A model generated the notes under the pieces. It had not been told where the DNA came from and did not search any database. It saw only the letters and a program-made list of their open reading frames with translations. From positions 8,928,001 to 8,992,000 of the forward strand of contig NC_086108.1 of NCBI RefSeq assembly GCF_963921235.1: 64,000 bases of DNA. Reading direction: 5' to 3'. This stretch comes from Mobula hypostoma. Its lineage: Eukaryota. Position numbers and translations under genes: made by a program. Positions 24,023-35,849 of this stretch are shown one piece after another (positions within the stretch are counted from its first letter, which is position 1; every line of letters begins with the position of its first letter).

Positions 24023-24939
24023 TCAATACTGAACTGATTCCACAACCTACAGATTCACTTTCAAGGACTCCACAACTCTTGTTCTCAATATTATTTTTTT
24101 ATATCACTTGAACTATTTATCTCCTGTGGTGTAGCGGTGTCCAAGGAGAGGTAGCACCTCTGGTGAAGGATCTAGTCATGTCCATTCTGGGCAGTTCACT
24201 CACCTTCAGTCCCCACCAGACACTCATCTCTTACCTGTGGCCCCAAGTAGCTGTTCTCATGTGACAATGGCCACATCCCGGTACACTGCTACGACAGGCG
24301 GGCTAAACCAGGTGAGGGTAGACGGTGGGCCCCATACCATGGTGAGATAGGGACATGCCTGACCCAGCGTTTGAAGCCAGCTCCGGCAGACTGGGTGGAT
24401 GAGATCGACAGTGTGATCCGACGGCCAGGAAGGTGGTACTGTAATGCTCCGTGGAGAGCGAAGGGCACGACAAGACACAGAAGACGTCACCATCATCCAC
24501 TGCAACCAGGGAAGACCCCAGTTTGTGACGCTTGTATGTACAACTGGACCCGGGCGTCTGAGGTCAAGAGAGTGGAACTGCCCCAATACAACAGTTTTTC
24601 CACTTTCAAAACTCCACCGCACAGGTTTTTTGTCATCGTCAGACACGGTGGACAACCAACATAAATCTCCTTTTGCACATCAGTTGTTTGCCCAAAACTT
24701 ATTGTTGAAATTTTTTATAAATTCCATTGACTTTCCTTATTTTCCTGTAAATGCCTGCAAGAAAATGAATCTCAGGGTGGCACACGGTGACATAAATGTA
24801 CTTAGATAATAAATCTACTTTGATTTGGATTTTGGTTGATCTGTAGGATTCTCACCTCTGCATGGCTATCATCACAATCTCTGTGTTCACTCAAACAGAG
24901 ATTGGTATTAAAATTGGGTTCTTATCGTCACGAAGAGTC

Positions 24940-26080
24940 ATAGAATCACAGAGAAGCACAGGGCAAAACCAGGCCCTTTAGCCCATCAAGTCCATGCCAA
25001 ACTATTTAAGCTACCTACTGCCATCGATCTACACTGGGCTTCCATATAACTACTATCCATGTACCTACCCAAACTTCTCTTAAATGTTGAAATCGAGCTC
25101 ACATGTACCACTTAACACTGGGAGCTCCTCCCACACCCTCACCAACCTCTGAGTGAAAACATTCCCCCTCATGTTCCCCTTAAACTTTTCACCTTTCACC
25201 CCTAACCCATGACCTCTAGTTGTCATCTCTCCCAACCTCAGTGAATTGAACTAATTTTATTACTTACATCCTTCATATACATGAAGGGAAAAAAATCTTT
25301 ATGTTACGTCTCCAACTAAATGTACAATTTATAGTAATTTATAATAAAAGTATATACAACATTATAGTCAATATAACAGAGGTGCAATTGTATCAATGTG
25401 AATTAATCAGTCTGATGGCCTGGTGGAAGAAGCTGTCCCAGAGCCTGTTGGTCCTGACTTTTATGCTGCGGTATCATTTCCCAGATGGTAGCAGATAGAA
25501 GATTTTGTGGTTGGAGTGACTCGAGTCCCCAATGATCTTTCAGGCCCTTTTTACACACCTGTCTTTGTAGATGTCCTGAATAGTGAGAAGTTCACGTCTA
25601 CAGATGTGCTGGGCTGTCCGCACCACTCTCTGCAGAGTCCTGCGATTGAGGGAAGTACAGTTCCCATACCAGGCAGTGATGCAGCCAGTCAGGATGCTCT
25701 CAATCGTGCCCCTATAGAAAGTTCTTAAAATCTGGGGGCCCATACCAAACTTCCTCAACCATCTGAGGTGAAAGAGGCGCTGTTGTGCCTTTTTCACCAC
25801 ACAGCTGCTGTGTACAGCCCACGTGAGACCCTCGGTGATGTTTATGCTGAGGAATTTAAAGCTGTTCACTCTCTCAACCCCAGATCCACTGATGTCAGTA
25901 GGGGTCAGCCTGCCTCCATTCCTCCTGTAGTCCACAACCAGCTCCTTTATTTCTGTAACAGCAGTGGAAATAGCCTGCTTGCATTTACCCGATCTACACC
26001 CTTCATAATGTTGTATACTTCCATCAAATCTACGTGGCAAGAAATAAAGTTCTAAACTATTCAATCTTTCCTTATAACTC
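24940..26080 (-). mobile_element. CR1 3' fragment split by a Rex1/Babar insertion (~25245-25955)
   Basis: The CR1 sequence ccaacctcagtg|gaaatagcctgcttgcattta is contiguous in the copy at ~56350. The intervening part encodes KKAQQRLFHLRWLRKFG...FYRGTIESILTGCITAWYG. Confidence 0.8.
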
Positions 26081-26587
26081 ATGTACCAAGATACAGTGAA
26101 AAAGTATAGGCCTGCAAGAAAATTCATCTCAGGTTTGTATATGGTGACACAAATGTGCTCCGATAATAAATTTACTTTGATCTTTCACTTTTTGACTTTA
26201 TGATAATGCACAATCTGTCCTTTGTTTTAACAGCCACCAGGCTCTGTGATCTTTTGGCAGGCAGTGCAATGAAGGAAGGTAATCTGGTAAAATAATTGCA
26301 AGGTTAAGTTCCAGATGAGGAGTTTCCTGGACCCCAGATAACAATTTAACCAAGCGCTCCCTGCGGACGATTCTCGCAGGATGCCAGCGCAAAGGGAGAA
26401 AGGGAAGGGAAGATACAATTGTTTCCAGTCACCATCAGGGAGAACGGCTTCAGTGTAAACTACATCCTCCTCTCACAGCCCGGAGACTGCAGTCCATGAA
26501 TAGAATGGAGGGTGGGGTCCCAGTTATATCAGGGAAAAAACAACTTCACTAGTTATATTCACAGATGCTGCATTCTGATTTGAAAGC

Positions 26588-26589
<2 letters not shown>

Positions 26590-26681
<92 letters not shown>

Positions 26682-26892
26682 GAGAGAGAGAGAGAGGAGA
26701 GAGAGAGACAGAGAGAGAGAGAGGGAGAGAGGGAGAGAGAGAGAGGGGGGAGAGAGAGAGGGGGGAGAGAGAGAGATGGGAGAGGGAGAGAGAGAGAGAC
26801 AGAGAGAGAGAGGGAGAGAGGAGAGAGAGAGACAGAGAGAGAGAGGGAGAGAGGGAGAGAGAGAGAGGGGGGAGAGAGAGAGAGGGGAGAGG

Positions 26893-26934
<42 letters not shown>

Positions 26935-26940
26935 GAGACA
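26590..26940. repeat. (GA)n-rich compound microsatellite
   Basis: About 350 bp of nearly pure purine GA repeats. Confidence 0.95.
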
Positions 26941-27099
26941 CCTAGCAATACACTTGGTGAGTCTCCCAACCTTTATAAAGACAGGGATTGGCTTTGTTTG
27001 TCGCATTCCATGGGGTTTCTTGTATTGTGGATGTCTGTGAAGAGTATGAATTTCAGGTTGTGTACTGTATACAGTCTCCGCTATTAAATGAACTTTTGA

Positions 27100-30000
27100 A
27101 ACTTGGTACATCAAAGCATACAGTGAAACCCGTCGTTTTGAGTCAAATCTAATCAGTGGGAATTGTGCCGGGCAGCCCACAGGTGTTGCACATTTCTGTT
27201 GCCAACGTAGCACGGCAACAACTCACTAATCCTAACCCTTACAGCACGCCAATAACTCACTAATCCTAACCCTTACAGCACGCCAATAACTCACTAATCC
27301 TAACCCTTACAGCATGCCAACAACTCATTAATCCTAACCCTTACAGCACGCCAACTCCTCACTAATCCTAACCCTTACAGCACGCCAACAACTCACTAAT
27401 CCTAATGCTTACAGCACACCAACTCCTCACTAATCCTAACCCTTACAGCACGCCAACAACTCACTAATCCTAACCCTTACAGCACGCCAACAACTCACTA
27501 ATCCTAACCCTTACAGCACACCAACAACTCACTAATCCTAACCCTTACAGCACGCCAACAACTCACTAATCCTAACCCTTACAGAACGCCAACAACTCAC
27601 TAATCCTAACCCTTACAGCATGCCAATAAATCACTAATCCTAACCCTTACAGCACGCCAACAACTCATTAATCCTAACCCTTACAGCACGCCAACTCCTC
27701 ACTAATCCTAACCCTTACAGCACGCCAACAACTCACTAATCCTAATGCTTACAGCACACCAACTCCTCACTAATCCTAACCCTTACAGCACGCCAACAAC
27801 TCACTAATCCTAACCCTTACAGCACGCCAACAACTCACTAATCCTAACCCTTACAGCACACCAACAACTCACTAATCCTAACCCTTACAGCACGCCAACA
27901 ACTCACTAATCCTAACCCTTACAGAACGCCAACAACTCACTAATCCTAACCCTTACAGCATGCCAATAAATCACTAATCCTAACCCTTACAGCACGCCAA
28001 CAACTCATTAATCCTAACCCTTACAGCACGCCAACTCCTCACTAATCCTAACCCTTACAGCACACCAACAACTCACTAATCCTAACCCTTACAGCACGCC
28101 AATTCACTAATCCTAACCCTTACAGCACACCAACAACTCACTAATCCTAACCCTTACAGCATGCCAACTCACTAATCCTAACCCTTACAGCACGCCAAGA
28201 ACTCATTAATCCTAACCCTTACAGCACGCCAAGAACTCATTAATCCTAACCCTTACGGCACGCCAACAACTCACTAATCCTAACCCTTACAGCACGCCAA
28301 CAACTCACTAATCCTAACCCTTACAACACGCCAACAACTCACTAATCCTAACCCTTGCAGCACACCAACAACTCATTAATCCTAACTCTTACAGCACACC
28401 AACAACTCACTAATCCTAACCCTTACAGCACACCAACAACTCATTAATCCTAACTCTTACAGCACACCAACAACTCATTAATCCTAACCCTTACAGCACA
28501 CCAACAACTCACTAATCCTAACCCTTACAGCACACCAACAACTCACTAATCCTAACCCTCACAGCACGCCAACAACTCACTAATCCTAACCCTTACAGCA
28601 CGCCAACAATTCACTAATCCTAACCCTTACAGCATGCCAACAATTCACTAATCCTAACCGTTGCAGCACACCAACAACTCACTAATCCTAACCCTTACGG
28701 CACACCAACAACTCACTAATCCTAACCCTTACGGCACACCAACAACTCACTAATCCTAACCCTTACGGCACACCAACAACTCACTAATCCTAACCCTTAC
28801 GGCACACCAACAACTCACTAATCCTAACCCTTACAGCACGCCAATATCTCACTAATCCTAACCCTTACAGCACGCCAACTCACTAATCCTAACCCTTACA
28901 ACACGCCAAGAACTCATTAATCCTAACCCTTAAGGCATGCCAACAACTCACTAATCCTAACCCTTACAGCACGCCAACAACTCACTAATCCTAACCCTTA
29001 CAGCACGCCAACAACTCACTAATCCTAACCCTTACAGCACGCCAACTCACTAATCCTAACCCTTACAGCACGCCAACTCACTAATCCTAACCCTTACAGC
29101 ACACCAACAACTCACTAATCCTAACCCTTACAGCACGCCAATTCACTAATCCTAACCCTTACAGCACGCCAACTCACTAATCCTAACCCTTACAGCACGC
29201 CAAGAACTCATTAATCCTAACCCTTACGGCATGCCAACAACTCATTAATCCTAACCCTTACAGCACGCCAACAACTCACTAATCCTAACCCTTACAGCAC
29301 GCCAACTCACTAATCCTAACCCTTACAGCACGCCAACTCACTAATCCTAACCCTTACAGCACACCAACTCCTCACTAATCCTAACCCTTACAGCATGCCA
29401 ACAACTCATTAATCCTAACCCTTACAGCATGCCAACTCACTAATCCTAACCCTTACAGCACACCAACAACTCACTAATCCTAACCATTACAGCACGCCAA
29501 CAATTCACTAATCCTAACCGTTGCAGCACACCAACAACTCACTAATCCTAACCCTTACGGCACACCAACAACTCACTAATCCTAACCCTTACGGCACACC
29601 AACAACTCACTAATCCTAACCCTTACGGCACACCAACAACTCACTAATCCTAACCCTTACGGCACACCAACAACTCACTAATCCTAACCCTTATGGCACA
29701 CCAACAACTCACTAATCCTAACCCTTATGGCACACCAACAACTCACTAATCCTAACCCTTACAGCATGCCAATATCTCACTAATCCTAACCCTTCCAGCA
29801 CACCAACAACTCACTAATCCTAACCCTTACAGCACACCAACAACTCACTAATCCTAACCCTTACAGCACGCCAATTCACTAATCTTAACCCTTACAGCAC
29901 GCCAACTCACTAATCCTAACCCTTACAGCACGCCAAGAACTCATTAATCCTAACCCTTACAGCATGCCAACAACTCACTAATTCTAACCCTTACGACACA

Positions 30001-33000
30001 CCAACAACTCACTAATCCTAACCCTTACAGCACGCCAACAATTCACTAATTCTAACCCTTACAGCACACCAACAACTCACTAATCCTAACCCCTACAGCA
30101 CACCAACAACTCATTAATCCTAACCCTTACAGCACACCAACAACTCACTAATCCTAACCCTTACAGCACACCAACAACTCATTAATCCTAACCCTTACAG
30201 CACACCAACAACTCACTAATCCTAACCCTTACGGCACACCAACAACTCACTAATCCTAACCCTTACGGCACACCAACAACTCACTAATCCTAACACTTAC
30301 GGCACACCAACAACTCACTAATCCTAACCCTTACGGCACACCAACAACTCACTAATCCTAACCCTTACGGCACACCAACAACTCACTAATCCTAACCCTT
30401 ACAGCACACCAACAACTCATTAATCCTAACCCTTACAGCACACCAACAACTCACTAATCCTAACCCTTACAGCACGCCAACAATTCACTAATCCTAACCG
30501 TTGCAGCACACCAACAACTCACTAATCCTAACCCTTACGGCACACCAACAACTCACTAATCCTAACCCTTACGGCACACCAACAACTCACTAATCCTAAC
30601 ACTTACGGCACACCAACAACTCACTAATCCTAACCCTTACAGCATGCCAACAACTCATTAATCCTAACCCTTACAGCACACCAACAACTCACTAATCCTA
30701 ACCCTTACAGCACGCCAACAATTCACTAATCCTAACCGTTGCAGCACACCAACAACTCACTAATCCTAACCCTTACGGCACACCAACAACTCACTAATCC
30801 TAACCCTTACGGCACACCAACAACTCACTAATCCTAACACTTACGGCACACCAACAACTCACTAATCCTAACCCTTACGGCACACCAACAACTCACTAAT
30901 CCTAACCCTTATGGCACACCAACAACTCACTAATCCTAACCCTTACGGCACACCAACAACTCACTAATCCTAACCCTTACGGCACGCCAATATCTCACTA
31001 ATCCTAACCCTTCCAGCACACCAACAACTCACTAATCCTAACCCTTACAGCACACCAACAACTCACTAATCCTAACCCTTACAGCACGCCAATTCACTAA
31101 TCCTAACCCTTACAGCACGCCAACTCACTAATCCTAACCCTTACAGCACGCCAAGAACTCATTAATCCTAACCCTTACGGCATGCCAACAACTCACTAAT
31201 CCTAACCCTTACAGCACGCCAACAACTCACTAATCCTAACCCTTACAGCACGCCAACTCACTAATCCTAACCCTTACAGCACACCAACTCCTCACTAATC
31301 CTAACCCTTACAGCATGCCAACAACTCATTAATCCTAACCCTTACAGCATGCCATCAACTCACTAATTCTAACCCTTACGACACACCAACAACTCACTAA
31401 TCCTAACCCTTACAGCACGCCAACAACTCACTAATCCTAACCCTTACAGCACGCCAATAACTCACTAATCCTAACCCTTACAGCACGCCAATTCACTAAT
31501 CCTAACCCTTACAGCACGCCAACTCACTAATCCTAACCCTTACAGCATGCCAAGAACTCATTAATCCTAACCCTTACGGCATGCCAACAACTCACTAATC
31601 CTAACCCTTACAGCACGCCAACAACTCACTAATCCTAACCCTTACAGCACGCCAACTCACTAATCCTAACCCTTACAGCACACCAACTCCTCACTAATCC
31701 TAACCCTTACAGCATGCCAACAACTCATTAATCCTAACCCTTACAGCATGCCAACAACTCACTAATTCTAACCCTTACGACACACCAACAACTCACTAAT
31801 CCTAACCCTTACAGCACGCCAACAACTCACTAATCCTAACCCTTACAGCACGCCAATTCACTAATCCTAACCCTTACAGCACGCCAACTCACTAATCCTA
31901 ACCCTTACAGCACGCCAAGAACTCATTAATCCTAACCCTTACAGCACGCCAAGAACTCATTAATCCTAACCCTTACGGCACGCCAACAACTCACTAATCC
32001 TAACCCTTACAGCACGCCAACTCACTAATCCTAACCCTTACAGCACACCAACTCCTCACTAATCCTAACCCTTACAGCATGCCAACAACTCACTAATACT
32101 AACCCTTCCAACACGCCAACAACTCACTAATCCTAACCCTTGCAGCACACCAACAACTCACTAATCCTAACCCTTACAGCACACCAACAACTCATTAATC
32201 CTAACCCTTACAGCACACCAACAACTCATTAATCCTAACCCTTACAGCACACCAACAACTCACTAATCCTAACCCTTACAGCACACCAACAACTCACTAA
32301 TCCTAACCCTTACAGCACGCCAACAACTCACTAATCCTAACTCTTACAGCACGCCAACAATTCACTAATCCTAATCTTTACAACACGCCAACAATTCACT
32401 AATCCTAACCGTTGCAGCACACCAACAACTCACTAATCCTAACCCTTACGGCACACCAACAACTCACTAATCCTAACCCTTACAGCACGCCAATTCACTA
32501 ATCCTAACCCTTACAGCACGCCAACTCACTAATCCTAACCCTTACAGCACGCCAAGAACTCATTAATCCTAACCCTTACAGCACGCCAAGAACTCATTAA
32601 TCCTAACCCTTACGGCACGCCAACAACTCACTAATCCTAACCCTTACAGCACACCAACAACTCACTAATCCTAACCCTTATGGCACACCAACAACTCACT
32701 AATCCTAACCCTTACAGCATGCCAACAACTCATTAATCCTAACCCTTACAGCACGCCAACAACTCACTAATCCTAACCCTTACAACATGCCAACAACTCA
32801 CTAATCCTAACCCTTGCAGCACACCAACAACTCACTAATCCTAACCCTTACAGCACACCAACAACTCATTAATCCTAACCCTTACAGCACACCAACAACT
32901 CATTAATCCTAACCCTTACAGCACACCAACAACTCACTAATCCTAACCCTTACAGCACACCAACAACTCACTAATCCTAACCCTTACAGCACGCCAACAA

Positions 33001-33490
33001 CTCACTAATCCTAACTCTTACAGCACGCCAACAATTCACTAATCCTAACCTTTACAACACGCCAACAATTCACTAATCCTAACCGTTGCAGCACACCAAC
33101 AACTCACTAATCCTAACCCTTACGGCACACCAACAACTCACTAATCCTAACCCTTATGGCACACCAACAACTCACTAATCCTAACCCTTACAGCACACCA
33201 ACAACTCACTAATCCTAACCCTTATGGCACACCAACAACTCACTAATCCTAACCCTTCCAGCACACCAACAACTCATTAATCCTAACCCTTACAGCACGC
33301 CAATATCTCACTAATCTTAACCCTTATGGCTTTGGGTTGTGGGAGGACACCAGAGCACCTGGAGCAAATTTACACAATCACGGGGAGAACGTACAAACTC
33401 CTTACAGACAGCGGTGGGAGTTGAACCTCGATCGGAGGTCGCTGACTCTGAAAAGTGTTGTGCCTCCTGCCACACGACCGTGCCATCCCA
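27100..33490 (-). mobile_element. V-SINE split by the 34-bp satellite (5' half 33310-33490, 3' half 27100-27230)
   Basis: The right flank is the reverse tRNA head plus V-domain (tgtgggaggacaccagagcacctggag...gttgaacctcgatc). The left flank is the SINE 3' part matching 17330-17410. Confidence 0.8.
27217..33328. repeat. 34-bp satellite, ~6.1 kb, about 180 units, with 31-bp variants
   Basis: Unit aacaactcactaatcctaacccttacagcacgcc in head-to-tail arrangement with no unique spacers. Confidence 0.97.
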
Positions 33491-33999
33491 CACGCAGTCA
33501 AAGATAATTCTTCTTTGATATAATTTCACGTCGACTCTTCTCAGCGCTCTCGTTTGTATCCAGCACGTTTACCAATCACCCTCAGGTCTGACTTTCCTCT
33601 AGTTTAAAGATTCAAACTACATTTATTATCAAAGTTAACAACCCTGAAATTCGTCTTCCCACAGACAGCCACAAAACAAACACCACGGAACCCAAAGAAA
33701 AAAAATCAAACACCCAACACGCAAAAAAAAAAGAATAAATCACACAAACAGGAAAAAATGAGTGAGTAATGCACAGAATATTAAACATCAAACCACAGAA
33801 TCATTGAAACAGTCCAGGGGCTGTTCAGTTTAGTTCAGTCGAGCACTGTGTCATTCATTGGCTGCAGTTCACAGAGCCAGAAACCAGAAACACATCATCA
33901 CATGAACTGTAGAGTCCTCTAAAAATGAATCCAATCCACAAACCGTGCTGAGCAAACCTTGCCGAACACCCAAGATCTCTGCATCTTCTTCCAGCAGCA

Positions 34000-34340
34000 G
34001 TGAGTGAGAGGGAGAGAGGGAGAGAGGGAGAAGAGGGAGAAGAGGGAGGGGAGAGAGGGGGAAGAGGGAGAGAGGGAGGGGAGAGAGAGAGGGGGAGGGG
34101 AGAGGATGGGAGAATGAGGGACAGAGGAGAGGGGAGGAAGAGGGAGGCAGGGAGAGAGGGGGAGGGAAGGGGAGAGAGGGAGAGAGAGGAGGAGGGGAGA
34201 AGGAGAGGGGTGAGTGAGAAAGAGAGGGAGGGAGAGAGAGAAGGGAGAGGGAGAGGGGGAGGGGAAGGGGAGAGAGGGAGAGAGAGACAGAGAGAGAGGA
34301 GGAGGGAGAGGGAGAGAAGGAGAGAGGGAAGGAGACAGAG
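34000..34340. repeat. GA/GGA-rich low-complexity purine tract
   Basis: Irregular G/A repeats. Confidence 0.9.
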
Positions 34341-34617
34341 ATGATCATGGGTTCGTGCTCCACCATGAGGCCACACACTGCCTTCCCAACCTTGTTCTCG
34401 ACTCTGCCAAATTTCCCCAAAGACAGCAAAAGCGCCAGATCACTCAGTCGACCCAAAAGCCCATTATCAAAATGTAAATTATGGGCTACAATTGCACACA
34501 GATTCATAGTAGGATTATATTTAAAAGAAGGAGAAGAAGTAGTAGCTTTGTAAACTGTCTGCATGACGTCACCATAAGCCGCCTTGGTCACTGGCTCCAT
34601 TGCCCTTTTGACAATGT

Positions 34618-34801
34618 AAACATGAGGAATTCTGCAGATGCTGGAAATTCAAGCAACACACATCAAAGTCGCTGGTGAATGCAGCAGGCCAGGCAGCATC
34701 TCTAGGAAGAGGTACAGTTGACGTTTCGGGCTGAGCCCCTTCGTCCTGACGAAGCGTCTTGGCCCGAAACGTCGACTGTACCTCTTCCTAGAGATGCTGC
34801 C
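34618..34801. mobile_element. Foldback Penelope-terminus-derived mini-element flanked by a 17-bp direct repeat
   Basis: tgcccttttgacaatgt occurs at 34601-34617 and 34802-34818. Inverted arms lie at ~34691-34745 and ~34748-34802. Confidence 0.8.
34743..34776 (+). ncRNA. Minimal type-I hammerhead ribozyme motif (Penelope type)
   Basis: gtc-CTGACGA-a-gcgtcttggccc-GAAA-cgtc-gac. It has the CUGANGA and GAAA core, a palindromic ACGU stem III, a GUC cleavage triplet and a 3-bp stem I. Stem II carries one mismatch. Confidence 0.6.
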
Positions 34802-35149
34802 TGCCCTTTTGACAATGTCTGTTCTGATGAGATGAAACACTTCTGTTGAATTTCTCTCTTGTGCACCATTGAAGAACATCACAGAACTGAAGTTCCCCAT
34901 CCTGGGCACCAACCCTTCCCACACCGTTGCTGACCTCTTCTCAAAGTGCAGGAAACAGAACCGAACAAATGGCCATAAACTTTTATGTTCCAAGTGAGAA
35001 GATAAACCGACAATGGCTGAGCTTCGGATCACAGTGTGCGTAAATGATTGGTCGGCAGGTCAGTGTCACACCGCCTGTGGGATGTTTCCTGTGTCCTGTG
35101 GACCGGTGTGAAACACTTCTTATGAGGAGGAAGATCTCACTGAAACCAA

Positions 35150-35470
35150 CTGAATATTGAAGATAGAGTGGATGTTTCTTATAGTGGGAGAGTCCAGGGC
35201 CAGAGGGCACACCCTCATCTCTTTAGAATAGATGAGGAGGAATTTACCTGGCCAGACTGTGGTGAATCTGTGGAATTCATTGCCACAGGAGGCCATGGAG
35301 GCCAAGTCATTGGGTATATCTAAACTGGAGGTTGATAGGTTCTTGGTTAGTCAGGGTGTCAAAAGTTACGGGAAGAAGGCAGGAGAATGGGGTTGAGAGG
35401 GATAATAAATCAACCATGATGGAACGGCAGAGCAGACTCGATGGGCCAAATGGACTCCTATGTCTTGTGG
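35150..35470 (+). mobile_element. CR1 LINE 3' fragment
   Basis: Contains a gatgaggaggaatt...gtggtgaatctgtggaattcattgccacag segment and the CR1 tail shared with 4270-4510. Confidence 0.75.
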
Positions 35471-35849
35471 TCCAATCCAGCCAGAAAACAGCTAGCAGAT
35501 GAGCGAATGGTCAAAAGCCCACCGAGGAAACGCTGTTCCTCCCACCCCACATACACCGAGTCCAGATTTCGGGTCATGAGCTGAAACACTGACAGTCCCC
35601 CAGAGATGCTGCTGGGACCACTGAGATCCTGCAGTAGATTCCAGCATTGGAAATCTCATGTCACCCCCCACCATTGTGCCTACTGACCAAACTCCACCAA
35701 CTCTCCAGTTAAGTACAGCATTGACAATCTAATTCTTAATCTCACTCTCGAATGCCTCTACAACTTCACCCGACCCTGACCCTGTTTGTTAGCAAAGTAT
35801 CTTGTGCAGGCTGCATTCTGCTGAGCTCAAAGTCTCAGCAATGATGCGT

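Noticed and set aside
26524..27213. SL/ER-rich and G/P-rich ORFs (also 33855-34600 and 43396-44050)
   Set aside because: These are translations of GA/CT microsatellites.
27217..33328. CRISPR-like array (34-bp periodicity)
   Set aside because: The units are head-to-tail with no unique spacers, there are no cas genes, and the context is a vertebrate intron.
27217..33328. True telomere or interstitial (TTAGGG)n tract
   Set aside because: The period is 34 or 31 bp, the hexamers are degenerate, and the monomer derives from a SINE.
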